This document shows, one piece after another, positions 20,095-29,802 of a stretch of 64,000 bases of DNA. The stretch lies in IMG/VR virus record IMGVR_UViG_3300029309_000005, positions 32,628-96,627 of that record; one strand, written 5' to 3'. Both the position numbers and the translations under genes were made by a program. The first letter of the stretch is position 1. Each line of letters opens with the position of its first letter. The stretch is from a virus. A model generated the notes under the pieces. It was not told the origin of the DNA. It ran no database searches and saw nothing but the letters and a program-made list of their open reading frames with translations.

Positions 20095-21492
20095 ATGGCG
20101 AACAGTCTCACCATCGAAACAGCATCTTGGAGTGCTGATGGTTCTGACTTTTTGCTAAAGTCTGCTGGTAGCCAAGGTGAACTATATGTTGCTGGCTACG
20201 CATCAGTTGATATGGTGGATAAGCAGGGAGATAGAATCCCAACATCTGCGCTAAAAAAGGCATTTTCACAATTTATGGATAACAAGGCTTTCAGAAATGT
20301 TCAGTTAGCACATTCTGGAATACAGGTTGGAGAAGTGGTTGCAGACCACACTGATTCTGAAGGCCGTGTTTGGAAATCTGAAGTCGATAATCACGGACTG
20401 TTCGTAGTCTGTAAGATTCGTAACGACATACAAAAAGCACGTGAAGTGCAAAAACAAATTCGCAATGGAGATTTGCGAGCATTTTCGATTGGCGGCCAAG
20501 CCTTATTCCGTGTAAGTAAAACTACACCAGAACTTGGTAGTCATCGTGAAATAACCGATCTTGAGTTACATGAGATTACACTGTGCAAGAAAGGTATTAA
20601 CCCTGAATCGGGTTATACAATACTAAAAATGGAAGGCGATAACGTGAGCAATACCGAAGTATTAGAAGAAATAAAGGCTGGACTTAGCGAAGTTCTAAAA
20701 GAATTGAGTGAGAAGGCTGATGACAAAGAAATGAAAGAAATGAAAGAAATGAAGGAGATGAAACCCTCAAGTCATGGTGACAAAATGTATGCAGAAGATG
20801 ATAAGATGTATGCAGAGGATGATAAGATGATGGGCAAATCTGAAGAAGCCGCCCTTGATTACATCACTACACTTGAGAAGTTTGCACACGATTCCGGTGT
20901 GGACTTGAACGGACTTCGTGACCACTTTGGACTTGAAAAAGCGTATATGCTAGAGCAAGGTCAAGGCGGCTATTCCCACAGGGGTCAAGGCGATGAAATA
21001 GGATCTGGCGAAGATGCAACCGAGCCAGCCTACCCAACTCTCCCAAGTCCTGGTGGCAACCAATATGTCATCAAAGCACCAAATGTAGGAGGTATGAATA
21101 TGAACGCACCAAAAGGAAACCAGAATGTTATCAAACAATTGACCCCTGAAACACTAGAAAAGGGTTACAGAACATATGCAGCACTTAGAGATGAAGAAGC
21201 AGTAAAAGCACTTGTAGAGAAGGAGTGGCAAGACCGCTACCATCAAGAAACTGCACACGCTCTTGAAGTTAGAAAGCAATCCGATGTTGGGCTACAACTA
21301 GATTCCCTACGTGAAGAAATTGCCATGCTAAAATCTGAAAACGCATCTCTACAAAAGAGTGACGTTACACCAACTACACCATCCACCTCCATTCGTGTGC
21401 CAACTCATGAAGAATTCGCACAAATGGGTAGTGACTTGGAAGGCTGGAGAGCAGCAGAGATGCTTGCTCAGAGAGCATTAAGAGGTGAGTGA
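20095..21492 (+). CDS. Prohead (maturation) protease fused to scaffold domain
   Basis: VAGYASVDMVDKQGD, LAH, FSIGG, EITL: HK97/herpes-type protease motifs; acidic coiled-coil C-terminus; directly before the MCP. Confidence 0.9.
   Translation: MANSLTIETASWSADGSDFLLKSAGSQGELYVAGYASVDMVDKQGDRIPTSALKKAFSQFMDNKAFRNVQLAHSGIQVGEVVADHTDSEGRVWKSEVDNHGLFVVCKIRNDIQKAREVQKQIRNGDLRAFSIGGQALFRVSKTTPELGSHREITDLELHEITLCKKGINPESGYTILKMEGDNVSNTEVLEEIKAGLSEVLKELSEKADDKEMKEMKEMKEMKPSSHGDKMYAEDDKMYAEDDKMMGKSEEAALDYITTLEKFAHDSGVDLNGLRDHFGLEKAYMLEQGQGGYSHRGQGDEIGSGEDATEPAYPTLPSPGGNQYVIKAPNVGGMNMNAPKGNQNVIKQLTPETLEKGYRTYAALRDEEAVKALVEKEWQDRYHQETAHALEVRKQSDVGLQLDSLREEIAMLKSENASLQKSDVTPTTPSTSIRVPTHEEFAQMGSDLEGWRAAEMLAQRALRGE
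20725..20829 (+). repeat. Short coding repeats KEM x4 and DKMYAED x2 in the scaffold linker
   Basis: AAAGAAATG tandem plus a 21-nt imperfect duplication. Confidence 0.85.
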
Positions 21493-22642
21493 AATGACAC
21501 AAGGATATATTCGCACAATTGAAGATATGGAACGCTTGTATTACGGTGCAGGTGCAGGAACAAACGCATGGGCATACAGTGGAACAGACTTATTGAAGGC
21601 TGACAATCCCCTAATGTCCTCTACTGCTGGAACATACCAAGCCATTTTTGGTCGTAAAGTATGGTCACAGTTAAATCAAGAATTCAACGCATTTAGCATT
21701 CTGCCAAAGAAGCCTTGGGAGAAATCTGGATGGCGTGTTGTAACTGGTAAGCCAACTGATGCAGTAGGATTGCCAGAAAACGGTGCGCTACCGGATTCCA
21801 CCAAGCCAACATTTGAAGAAGTTGCTACAAAGCCAAAGACAGTCGCAAGCAAATTCGACCTATCTGAAACTGCAATGTTCCTTGCTGACAAGGATGACGG
21901 TCTAGGTGACGCAAGAGCAGTTATCAAGATGGAAATGTCGAAATCTCACGCAGAATCAATTAACAAAATGTTGCTTCGTGATGTAGATACAGTCGCTGGA
22001 AACAACTTTGAATCCATTGATCGTGCTGTTTCATCATCCTTTACTGAGCCAGCATCTTTCGCTGATATTTCAGCACTATCAGACCACAACCAGTATTCTA
22101 TCACCCGTAACTCAACTGGTGCTAACTCTTGGTTCGATGCAAACGTAGATGCTGGAACTGGAGGAACAGAGCGACCATTGACACTGAATGTGCTTGATGG
22201 AATGTTTAGACAAGTTTGGGAACGTGGTGGTCAGCCAAAGGTTATTCTAACTGGCTATGACACTATTGAGAAGATTCAACAACTATTGCAGCCTCAACAA
22301 AGATTTACTGAGATGCAAAGAGTTACACCATCAGTCAACGGAGTGCAAGGTATTCCTGGTATGGAGGGCGGATTCGTAGTAGCAACCTACAACGGTGTGC
22401 CAATTATACCTGCTAAAGATGTTCATGCACCATCTGGTGGACTTTCAAGAATTTACATGCTAGACACAGATTACATGTATTTCTGCACAGCAAAACCAAC
22501 TCTTTACCATGAAAGCGGAATTGAGACTGGCGATCCATTCGGTATCAACAGATTGGGTCAGGTTGGTCTATTCCACACAATGGGTGAACTATGGCAACTG
22601 TTCTATGGCGCACATGGAAAGATTCGTGACCTAAGTGCATGA
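21485..22642 (+). CDS. Major capsid protein, HK97 fold (likely start 21494)
   Basis: Position after the protease; size; ENGALPDSTKPTFEEV E-loop-like region, YNGVPII, IYMLDTDY, GKIRDL; resembles halovirus/Magrovirus MCPs. Confidence 0.9.
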   Translation: MSEMTQGYIRTIEDMERLYYGAGAGTNAWAYSGTDLLKADNPLMSSTAGTYQAIFGRKVWSQLNQEFNAFSILPKKPWEKSGWRVVTGKPTDAVGLPENGALPDSTKPTFEEVATKPKTVASKFDLSETAMFLADKDDGLGDARAVIKMEMSKSHAESINKMLLRDVDTVAGNNFESIDRAVSSSFTEPASFADISALSDHNQYSITRNSTGANSWFDANVDAGTGGTERPLTLNVLDGMFRQVWERGGQPKVILTGYDTIEKIQQLLQPQQRFTEMQRVTPSVNGVQGIPGMEGGFVVATYNGVPIIPAKDVHAPSGGLSRIYMLDTDYMYFCTAKPTLYHESGIETGDPFGINRLGQVGLFHTMGELWQLFYGAHGKIRDLSA

Positions 22643-22661
22643 TGGAGATATTAGAAAATAA

Positions 22662-23081
22662 TTGGAGATGAAGATAATGGCAAACGCAAATATCACAGGA
22701 AATGGAGAAGTAATACTAGACATACCTTTGGCTGGTGTCGGTGGGGCAACCATCGTCAACAACTCAGGAACACTAATTTCTAGTGGAGACACTGATTGGC
22801 TACAAACACCTATCGGTAGCAACGCTGGTAACACACCAGTCAGTCTTGGAATTGTTGAAGTAACTGTTACAGCAACCAACACAGCAACCACTTACGACCT
22901 AGCACTAGCAACCAACGCTGTTAGTGGAACTGAACTCGTAGCGGTTCTTGACGGTCACAACATCACAACAGCAGCAGGTCGAATGGCTCAAGGAGATCAT
23001 ACAACGACCCTAATCAAATTCGCTGCTGATGCAGGTGTAGTTGCTGCTGACAAATTCCGAATTACATTCTTGTATCGTTGA
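22662..23081 (+). CDS. Probable capsid decoration/minor capsid protein (start about 22677)
   Basis: Beta-rich T/A/G composition; directly after the MCP. Confidence 0.55.
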   Translation: MEMKIMANANITGNGEVILDIPLAGVGGATIVNNSGTLISSGDTDWLQTPIGSNAGNTPVSLGIVEVTVTATNTATTYDLALATNAVSGTELVAVLDGHNITTAAGRMAQGDHTTTLIKFAADAGVVAADKFRITFLYR

Positions 23082-23091
23082 GGTGTCCTTT

Positions 23092-23463
23092 ATGGGCATT
23101 TTAGTCCAATACGTGGGCGCACGTGCATACACAGAGTTTCCTCTAAATGGAGTCAGAACTGGCTTTTCTAGGGGTATGATTCGTGAGTTACCTGAAGATT
23201 TCGTAGATGCGATGATTAGACCAGGTATCGAGAATGGATCTAAAATGTGGAAAATTGTTGATGAGGTAAAGCCTGATCAAACTGAAGCAATGAAGTCTGT
23301 AATTGAGCCTACTGTTGAAGAACCAGTTGAAGAAACATCTAATGAAGATGTTGATTATTCATCTTTAACTAGAGCAAAACTAATGTCACTTTGTAAAGAA
23401 CGTGGAATTGCAGTAAAAAATACTAGCAAGAAAGCGGAATTGATTGAGTTGTTGTCTGCATAA
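23092..23463 (+). CDS. Protein with C-terminal SAP/HeH-like domain
   Basis: YSSLTRAKLMSLCKERGI...KKAELIELL; GAGGTG SD before ATG 23092. Confidence 0.7.
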   Translation: MGILVQYVGARAYTEFPLNGVRTGFSRGMIRELPEDFVDAMIRPGIENGSKMWKIVDEVKPDQTEAMKSVIEPTVEEPVEETSNEDVDYSSLTRAKLMSLCKERGIAVKNTSKKAELIELLSA

Positions 23464-23476
23464 GTAGGGGTTAAAT

Positions 23477-23989
23477 ATGGGCCTAGATGCAATAGATGAC
23501 GGTGACTTTTACCTAAGCCGTTGCCGTGTTAATCGCCATGTCGTTACAATGAATGCTGGAGAGGTAGGTCAAGTTCGTTTGAATGGTAAAGTATCAAAAG
23601 TAATCATTGATGCAACCCAATCCGCATACAGTTCTGGTTCTGGCACTAATTTAGGTCGATTTCAATTAAAAATGGATGTTGATGATGGAGATGGGGCGCA
23701 ACTTCAATACTTTGATCAGATAACTGGATTGAATTATTCCGGTGGAGGTTCAAATCAAATAACCTATCTCGAAGTATCGCAAGGTGCAAATCAAGGAACA
23801 GCCAATAGTAAGAATGGGATGCACTTTTCAGTATCAGCCCCTACTACTGGTAGTAGTGGTGGAGGAACTTTCAATGAACCGGCATCATGGAACGGTTTGG
23901 TTTGCGGATTAGTAAGCATTGTATGTGATACCGCATCAGGAACTTTGAACTCAGCAAACACAATACGGGTAATTATCTATTTAGAATGA
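23477..23989 (+). CDS. Virion structural protein (beta-rich)
   Basis: Position in the head/neck cluster; G/S/N-rich. Confidence 0.55.
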   Translation: MGLDAIDDGDFYLSRCRVNRHVVTMNAGEVGQVRLNGKVSKVIIDATQSAYSSGSGTNLGRFQLKMDVDDGDGAQLQYFDQITGLNYSGGGSNQITYLEVSQGANQGTANSKNGMHFSVSAPTTGSSGGGTFNEPASWNGLVCGLVSIVCDTASGTLNSANTIRVIIYLE

Positions 23990-24038
23990 GGCTTTACTCT
24001 AGCAAGGAATATAAACAATAACACAATGAGGGAAGAAT

Positions 24039-24413
24039 ATGGCACTGACTGTAACACAGAAGGGAAGAAAGAACGTAATAGGTTCAAGACAAATGGTAAC
24101 TTTAGATATTACTTTTGGCAACAATTATCCTACTGGCGGAGAAAACCTAGATTTAGAGGAATATGTAGGCACTATCGACCTAGTAATGACTGAAACTGCA
24201 AGTAATGGAATAAATGCTTTTTACGATAGAACCAATAAGAAGTTGAAGGCTTTTGGAACTATTGCCCCGTCTGTTGTTGATGCAGACCCTGGTTCCAATG
24301 CTACCAACTTGGAAGGCGAATTAAGTGTAACTTCTGGTTACGGTGAAATTGAAAATGGGTCTAACCTATCGTCAGTTACAGTATCTCTAGTAGTGTATGG
24401 CACACGATCATGA
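24039..24413 (+). CDS. Probable capsid decoration/minor structural protein
   Basis: DITFGNNYPTGGE..L, YDRTNKKLKAF, EIENGSNLS pattern typical of archaeal tailed-virus minor head proteins. Confidence 0.55.
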   Translation: MALTVTQKGRKNVIGSRQMVTLDITFGNNYPTGGENLDLEEYVGTIDLVMTETASNGINAFYDRTNKKLKAFGTIAPSVVDADPGSNATNLEGELSVTSGYGEIENGSNLSSVTVSLVVYGTRS

Positions 24414-24428
24414 TGGGGGTTTTTTCCC

Positions 24429-24743
24429 ATGCCACGACTAGAACTGGGCGAAATTGACCTTGATACATCAATTGAGATAAAAAAGCGCAGAAATAGTCGA
24501 ATGTTTGAGATAATGACATCTCAAGGTTCTATTGGTGAAGATCAATCTCCATTTAGTAGAGAGAATATGGAGAGAGCGCAAACACGTTTTGTCAAAGTAA
24601 CTAAGGAACAGGCTCAAGATATTCAGAATATAGGTTCAGGAACTAGATGCACTTCATGTGGGTTACTACATTTTTGTTGGACTCCTAATTGTGCTGTTTG
24701 TGGAGAACCAATGTATTTTAATTTAGGAGGCCATCATCAATGA
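24429..24743 (+). CDS. Zn-ribbon protein
   Basis: CTSC...CAVC. Confidence 0.7.
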   Translation: MPRLELGEIDLDTSIEIKKRRNSRMFEIMTSQGSIGEDQSPFSRENMERAQTRFVKVTKEQAQDIQNIGSGTRCTSCGLLHFCWTPNCAVCGEPMYFNLGGHHQ

Positions 24744-24931
24744 GCGAACCTGTGTTTCAAACATCGTTTCAATTGATGAAGTTTGGTGATTGCCCAGTTT
24801 GTCTTGGCGATGCACTTAGATGCCCAACACCTCAAGTTCCAATGTCGGCTTGCCGAATGCGGAGGGGGGCAATCCGTCATATGCTCAAAAGAATGATGAA
24901 GCCTGTGGATGTTCGGCCCCCAAGAATGTAA
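24740..24931 (+). CDS. Small Cys/Arg-rich protein with variant leader (FQTSFQLMK)
   Basis: ATGA overlap; GGAGG SD; CPVC...C...C. Confidence 0.55.
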   Translation: MSEPVFQTSFQLMKFGDCPVCLGDALRCPTPQVPMSACRMRRGAIRHMLKRMMKPVDVRPPRM

Positions 24932-24942
24932 GGGGAAACGAT

Positions 24943-26526
24943 ATGCCGGAGATATTTAATCCAGGCCACAGGCCAAACTCACCGTTATTTCCTGATGAGT
25001 TAGTCTATTGCTCAGTAGATGATGTTGCTAACTTTTTACAATTACCACTACCCGATCCAGTAGCATTGTCTGGAAATTCTTCTATTGTCGGTAGTAATTT
25101 GAAGTTACCAGTATCTGGTGCTAATTATAGAAGATGGAAAATTGAAACAGATGTGTCAATAACAGTATATGATGATGCTGATGCTCTAGGTAAAACCTAC
25201 ACTGTCACTGGTGTCGAAAGCGCAGGTAGTGGTGGCAATGTCAATATAATCGTGACAAAAATAGGTGCTGAATCATTTACAACTGCTAATAATGCAAAGA
25301 TACAAGTCAACAGTGCAATCACAAACAGTAATGAAAGAGGTTTGAAAAAAACACAAGTTGAGGCTTTAATTCGAGAAAAGCAAGATTATATTGATAGTGT
25401 ATGTCGTATGTCTTGGCGACCAACTTTAGTGTCAGACGAGTATCAGAACTTTACAACATTCAAGCCTTATCGAAGGAGATACTATACAGATTATGTTGGT
25501 GCTATCTATTTGCGTAATAGGTCAATCCAACGCATTCTAAGATTATCTGTGTGGCAAGGTGATAAATATAGAGAGTTGGGGTCATCTATCGTAAAACTTA
25601 CTGTAACTGCAACATCAATTGGTGCGTCTGATAAACTGTTTTTATGTCCAGGTGTGCCGCATGTAGCCACATTAACTAGAGGCAAAACTTCGACTACATG
25701 GGATGGCGATTTTGGCAACAAAACAACCGCACAAAATATTGCTAGTCTAATCAATAAAGATAAAGCAACAAGTAGAGGCGACATAGCAATAGGAACATTA
25801 CAAGAAAATGGAAAGCAACTAAATGTTGATAATGAGTTTTTAGCAACTGCAAACAGTGATGAAGGAGATGGAATCATTATTATCTCATCAATGCGGTCAA
25901 CAGAAGAAGGGGAGGATTGCACTATTGCTACTACTAATCCTGATGCCTTTGCATTTTCACTAATGTCAGATCCTCAGAGTAAAATTACTAATGTTGCTGG
26001 TTCAAACTTTACAGTCACTGATGCCAGCACTTTTACCTTGCGTCATGGCTTAGTCTTTTACACGTTAGGGGGCGTTACCTATGTTGCTAGATGTAGTCGT
26101 AATGGAAATACCTTTACTGTTCAAGAGGAATTAGTTGCTGGTTTTACAAGTAATTTGGCACTAGATATTGATATAAAGCAGTTGAAATTGAAAACTGATG
26201 TTATTGATGAGGCTAGACAAAAGGATTGGTGGTCTATGGAGGATAACGGTGCAATTATGTTTAACAACCAATATCCCTTTTATGAAAATCACGCAATCAA
26301 AGTATCATATATTTATGGTGAAAGATACTTGGAAAAGGTAATCAAAGAGGCATGTATCAAATTAGTCTGCATGGATATTTACTTAACCGATGATTATACC
26401 GTTCTATTTCCTGAAGGAACATCAAACATTGATTTGAATGCTAAAGTTCAAAAATTAGATGAAGAAGTAAAGAGAATGTTGATACCGTATCAAGAGACAA
26501 TAATAGTTGCTGGCATGGGTGGTTGA
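24943..26526 (+). CDS. Head-tail adaptor with large insertions
   Basis: N-terminal YCSVDDVA, IDSVC..SW and C-terminal VSYIYG...IKEACIKL are SPP1 gp15/HK97 gp6-like hallmarks. Confidence 0.75.
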   Translation: MPEIFNPGHRPNSPLFPDELVYCSVDDVANFLQLPLPDPVALSGNSSIVGSNLKLPVSGANYRRWKIETDVSITVYDDADALGKTYTVTGVESAGSGGNVNIIVTKIGAESFTTANNAKIQVNSAITNSNERGLKKTQVEALIREKQDYIDSVCRMSWRPTLVSDEYQNFTTFKPYRRRYYTDYVGAIYLRNRSIQRILRLSVWQGDKYRELGSSIVKLTVTATSIGASDKLFLCPGVPHVATLTRGKTSTTWDGDFGNKTTAQNIASLINKDKATSRGDIAIGTLQENGKQLNVDNEFLATANSDEGDGIIIISSMRSTEEGEDCTIATTNPDAFAFSLMSDPQSKITNVAGSNFTVTDASTFTLRHGLVFYTLGGVTYVARCSRNGNTFTVQEELVAGFTSNLALDIDIKQLKLKTDVIDEARQKDWWSMEDNGAIMFNNQYPFYENHAIKVSYIYGERYLEKVIKEACIKLVCMDIYLTDDYTVLFPEGTSNIDLNAKVQKLDEEVKRMLIPYQETIIVAGMGG

Positions 26527-26790
26527 ATGTTGTTTATTTTTATGGAAAGTTATTGTAAAGAGTTAGCAAAGGCTTACAAGGATATTGCTAAATCAACTAA
26601 GGCTGCAATCACTGGTGAACCTAATTATCAAAAAAATCTAAAGAAAAGGGAAAAAGAACTTGCTGAACAGGATGAAATAGAAATAACTGATGAGGAATTG
26701 GAGTTATACGTCAAAGCACAGCCTAGCCCTTATCGAATGAAAACTGAAGAAAAACTTGGTAAATTGAAAAAGGTGATGCTTAATGGCTAA
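26527..26790 (+). CDS. Hypothetical protein (neck region)
   Basis: ORF coupled between the adaptor and terminator genes. Confidence 0.55.
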   Translation: MLFIFMESYCKELAKAYKDIAKSTKAAITGEPNYQKNLKKREKELAEQDEIEITDEELELYVKAQPSPYRMKTEEKLGKLKKVMLNG

Positions 26791-27220
26791 AGATGCAATA
26801 GTAGCCATCAGAGACTTATTAGATTCCGATTGGAATTTATCTCCTAAACCTTCAATTGAAGATATTACAGTGTTAGATCGGGGAGAAGGTAAGCGTGGTA
26901 GATTACAAGACCATGACATCATCCGTATCTTTGAAACAGCACACAATGAAGCCCAACCTGAATTACTCTTTGATTTTGTAAATATAAATGTAAATCTAAC
27001 AATTGACATTAGAACTGTTAAAGGTAGAGAAAGATTATCTGAACTGCGAGATGAGGTGCGGAGAATCATTCATAAACATAGAAAAGGCAATAATAACGAC
27101 TTTGACAGGGTTATATTCAAGACCAGAACCGATTTGTCTGATCGTAGTAAGAGGTTCTTTAGATACACTATGCAAGCGGAAGTAGTGACATTTGCTGATG
27201 CTTTAGAAACAATTACATGA
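26783..27220 (+). CDS. Probable tail terminator/completion protein
   Basis: Size and position before the tail tube; LTIDIRT...LRDEVRRII pattern. Confidence 0.65.
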   Translation: MAKDAIVAIRDLLDSDWNLSPKPSIEDITVLDRGEGKRGRLQDHDIIRIFETAHNEAQPELLFDFVNINVNLTIDIRTVKGRERLSELRDEVRRIIHKHRKGNNNDFDRVIFKTRTDLSDRSKRFFRYTMQAEVVTFADALETIT

Positions 27221-27230
27221 GGAATGAAAG

Positions 27231-29402
27231 ATGGTTGGAACGATATTCAAGGGTGACGTAGCCGAAGTATCTTGGGGTAAGGAAACAGGCTTGATGATAC
27301 AAGGAACAGGTTCAGCGAGTGGTTTTGCTCATACTTCAGTTTCAGGAAATACCAGCCTTATCACTGTTGGAACTGCTGCTTATTGGCATACTGGGTCTGG
27401 CACTGATGTTGAGATTCCAGACAACGCACTTGTAGGGTGCATTATGAGAATTACAGGCGGTGTTAATTTTACAGGAGATGATTATACTTCTACTCGAAGG
27501 GTGTATTATGTGATTGGAAATGATACATCTAATGGAACTATTACTGTTCAGCCAAAGTTGGTAACAGGCACAGGAACAAATGCTAGTGCAAGCACTATCC
27601 TAACACTAGATTCACTAAGATGTCCTACCTTTGAATCTGCAATGACGGATGCTGCACAACAAGTAAAGACAGATCAATTCTTTGGACTTCTTGATAACTT
27701 TTCTCTACCTGAGCCAGCAATTGATGTTAGAAGGCAACATATCATAGGAATGGGTCGAGATGTAAATGTTTTAACATCTGGAAGGGAGACACTAGCGGGT
27801 GGCTCATTTACATTAAATGCCCATAGTTTTAGATGGATGAAATATGTCCTTGGAGGGCATGTAGCAAAGAGTGATGGCGAGTTTGTAACCGTAGCAGCAG
27901 GGCCAGCACCAACCGATAGTGAATTGCCTTTGAATATCAAAGCGGCTACTGCCACATATCAGATTCAACAATATCAAACAGGAGATGCAGATACATTAAC
28001 CGCAGTTTCAACAAGCGCATTGACTGGACTAAGCAATGTTGCTGTTGGCGATCACGCTTTGTTAGGCGATAAAGCAGGTGCAGATACAGGAACAGACATC
28101 ACACTAGCAAATATTAGTTCATCACACGTTGCTACTGATGCAAGCAATGGTGGTATTTTCAAGACATTGCACACTACAACTGGTGAAGTATTGTTTGGTT
28201 CTTTCACAGGCATTACAACAAATGTATTGAACGGATGTGCAAACATTGATGATTTGGCTGTGGCACAAGCACAAACCAATGGTGCAACAGTATATCTCCT
28301 TGCCCCTCTTGCTGACCCAATCGCTCGCAGAGATGTTAGGGTCGATTTAGGCTCTACTATTGCTGGTAAGTTTGCTGTTGGAGATTACATTCAAATTATT
28401 GACAAAGATACTCATACAATTCCAGGTCAAGATGCAACACTACCCACTGTGTTCAAGAATGAAATTAGAAGGGTCATTGCGGTGGATGGGGATTATGTCT
28501 ATATTGAAGAACCGTTCTTTTATTCACATGCAGTAGGCTCTGCTGGTGTTGAAAGATTACAGTATTCTTCTGATAACTCAAGAGGTAGTCCTAACATTGA
28601 TGCTACTACTAAAGAATTACAATTTGGTGTTGAGCATACTTTGTTTGGAGACACTACTTTACCTACATTCATGATTGAGCAATCATTCAGAAGGGATAAT
28701 GCAACGCCAGGTGCAGAACAATTGTTAAGACTTTACAATGGCTGCAAAGTTAATTCCTTGGCATTCAACGCTAATACTGAAGGTGAAGTTAAGTTACAAG
28801 TGGATTATGAAGGTGGCAGACATTACACTGATACTAACCGTGTATTCACTCCACATCGCATGTTTGAAAATACTGCAAATACAGCAGTAAATAGAAAAGC
28901 AAGTGGTATTGCGATTAATGGTGAAAAACCGTATTTATTCCAAGATTTATCCTTTGAAGTATTTGGGCGACCCGTTCTAAGAGCAACCCAAATAGAAGTA
29001 GGAATAAGCAATAGCAATCAAGCAAGACACTTCATTAGAGGGTATGAAGGAAATACTGTTGATGGTGATCAAGTGCAATTAGGCGCAGTTCAAATGCCTC
29101 TTGACATTACAGAGGCAAAGCGTGAATACACATTTAGTTTCAGTGCTATGATTGAAGATGATCAACTGTGGAACCAAATTAGAACTCGAAAGCATCATCA
29201 AAACACAAATGACATCACTCTAACTATGAAAAAGCGTGGTAGTAGCAGCACACGTGAGAGCGCAACTGTAACAATTGAAGATTATACTATTGTTAGCGCA
29301 GATCATCAAATGCCCGATGATAAAGGTGCAGTTATAGTGCAGGTTGAATTAGCGGTTCGACATCTAAAAGTTACAGAAAACTCTCCGTATTTCTTACTTT
29401 GA
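27231..29402 (+). CDS. Major tail tube protein with inserted domains
   Basis: VSWGKET N-terminus; LPTFMIEQ, YNGCKVNSL, REYTFSF tube-like motifs; no sheath gene nearby. Confidence 0.75.
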   Translation: MVGTIFKGDVAEVSWGKETGLMIQGTGSASGFAHTSVSGNTSLITVGTAAYWHTGSGTDVEIPDNALVGCIMRITGGVNFTGDDYTSTRRVYYVIGNDTSNGTITVQPKLVTGTGTNASASTILTLDSLRCPTFESAMTDAAQQVKTDQFFGLLDNFSLPEPAIDVRRQHIIGMGRDVNVLTSGRETLAGGSFTLNAHSFRWMKYVLGGHVAKSDGEFVTVAAGPAPTDSELPLNIKAATATYQIQQYQTGDADTLTAVSTSALTGLSNVAVGDHALLGDKAGADTGTDITLANISSSHVATDASNGGIFKTLHTTTGEVLFGSFTGITTNVLNGCANIDDLAVAQAQTNGATVYLLAPLADPIARRDVRVDLGSTIAGKFAVGDYIQIIDKDTHTIPGQDATLPTVFKNEIRRVIAVDGDYVYIEEPFFYSHAVGSAGVERLQYSSDNSRGSPNIDATTKELQFGVEHTLFGDTTLPTFMIEQSFRRDNATPGAEQLLRLYNGCKVNSLAFNANTEGEVKLQVDYEGGRHYTDTNRVFTPHRMFENTANTAVNRKASGIAINGEKPYLFQDLSFEVFGRPVLRATQIEVGISNSNQARHFIRGYEGNTVDGDQVQLGAVQMPLDITEAKREYTFSFSAMIEDDQLWNQIRTRKHHQNTNDITLTMKKRGSSSTRESATVTIEDYTIVSADHQMPDDKGAVIVQVELAVRHLKVTENSPYFLL

Positions 29403-29433
29403 TAATGAGGCTTTAATATAAAAAAAAACATGG

Positions 29434-29802
29434 GTGATAACAATGCGATTAATAGGAACTGTAAATGTTGATGGTAAAAGAGTGGCTTTAGATTGGAAAG
29501 TAAATGGTATATCTGTGCAAGCGGGGCCAGGACTTTCAGCAGATGATGTTAAAGTAATTACTAACTTACCAGCATTAGAAGAAGCACCTTTGGGTGGAAC
29601 TGCACCGATTAAGCCAATTGAAACTAACAGTTGGGATGCCCTAACTGTTACTGAACTTCGTGTTGAATTGACAAAGCGTGATTTGCCACCTAATGGCAAA
29701 AAAGCAGACTTAATTGCACGATTAATCGAAGCAGATTCTGATACAGAAGAAGTTGTTGTAGAAGAAGTAGGAGAGGATGAGAGTGCCGACTCTGCCGAAT
29801 AA
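29434..29802 (+). CDS. SAP-domain protein (start about 29443)
   Basis: WDALTVTELRVELTKRDLPPNGKKADLIARL is a canonical SAP motif. Confidence 0.8.
   Translation: MITMRLIGTVNVDGKRVALDWKVNGISVQAGPGLSADDVKVITNLPALEEAPLGGTAPIKPIETNSWDALTVTELRVELTKRDLPPNGKKADLIARLIEADSDTEEVVVEEVGEDESADSAE

Noticed and set aside
24820-24942. N-terminal extension of the adaptor ORF from 24820
   Set aside because: It overlaps the tagged mini-gene 24740-24931; ATG 24943 is the more plausible start
29420-29428. Poly-A tract as a phase-variation switch
   Set aside because: Intergenic and AT-rich next to a TATA-like box; a single sequence gives no evidence of length variation
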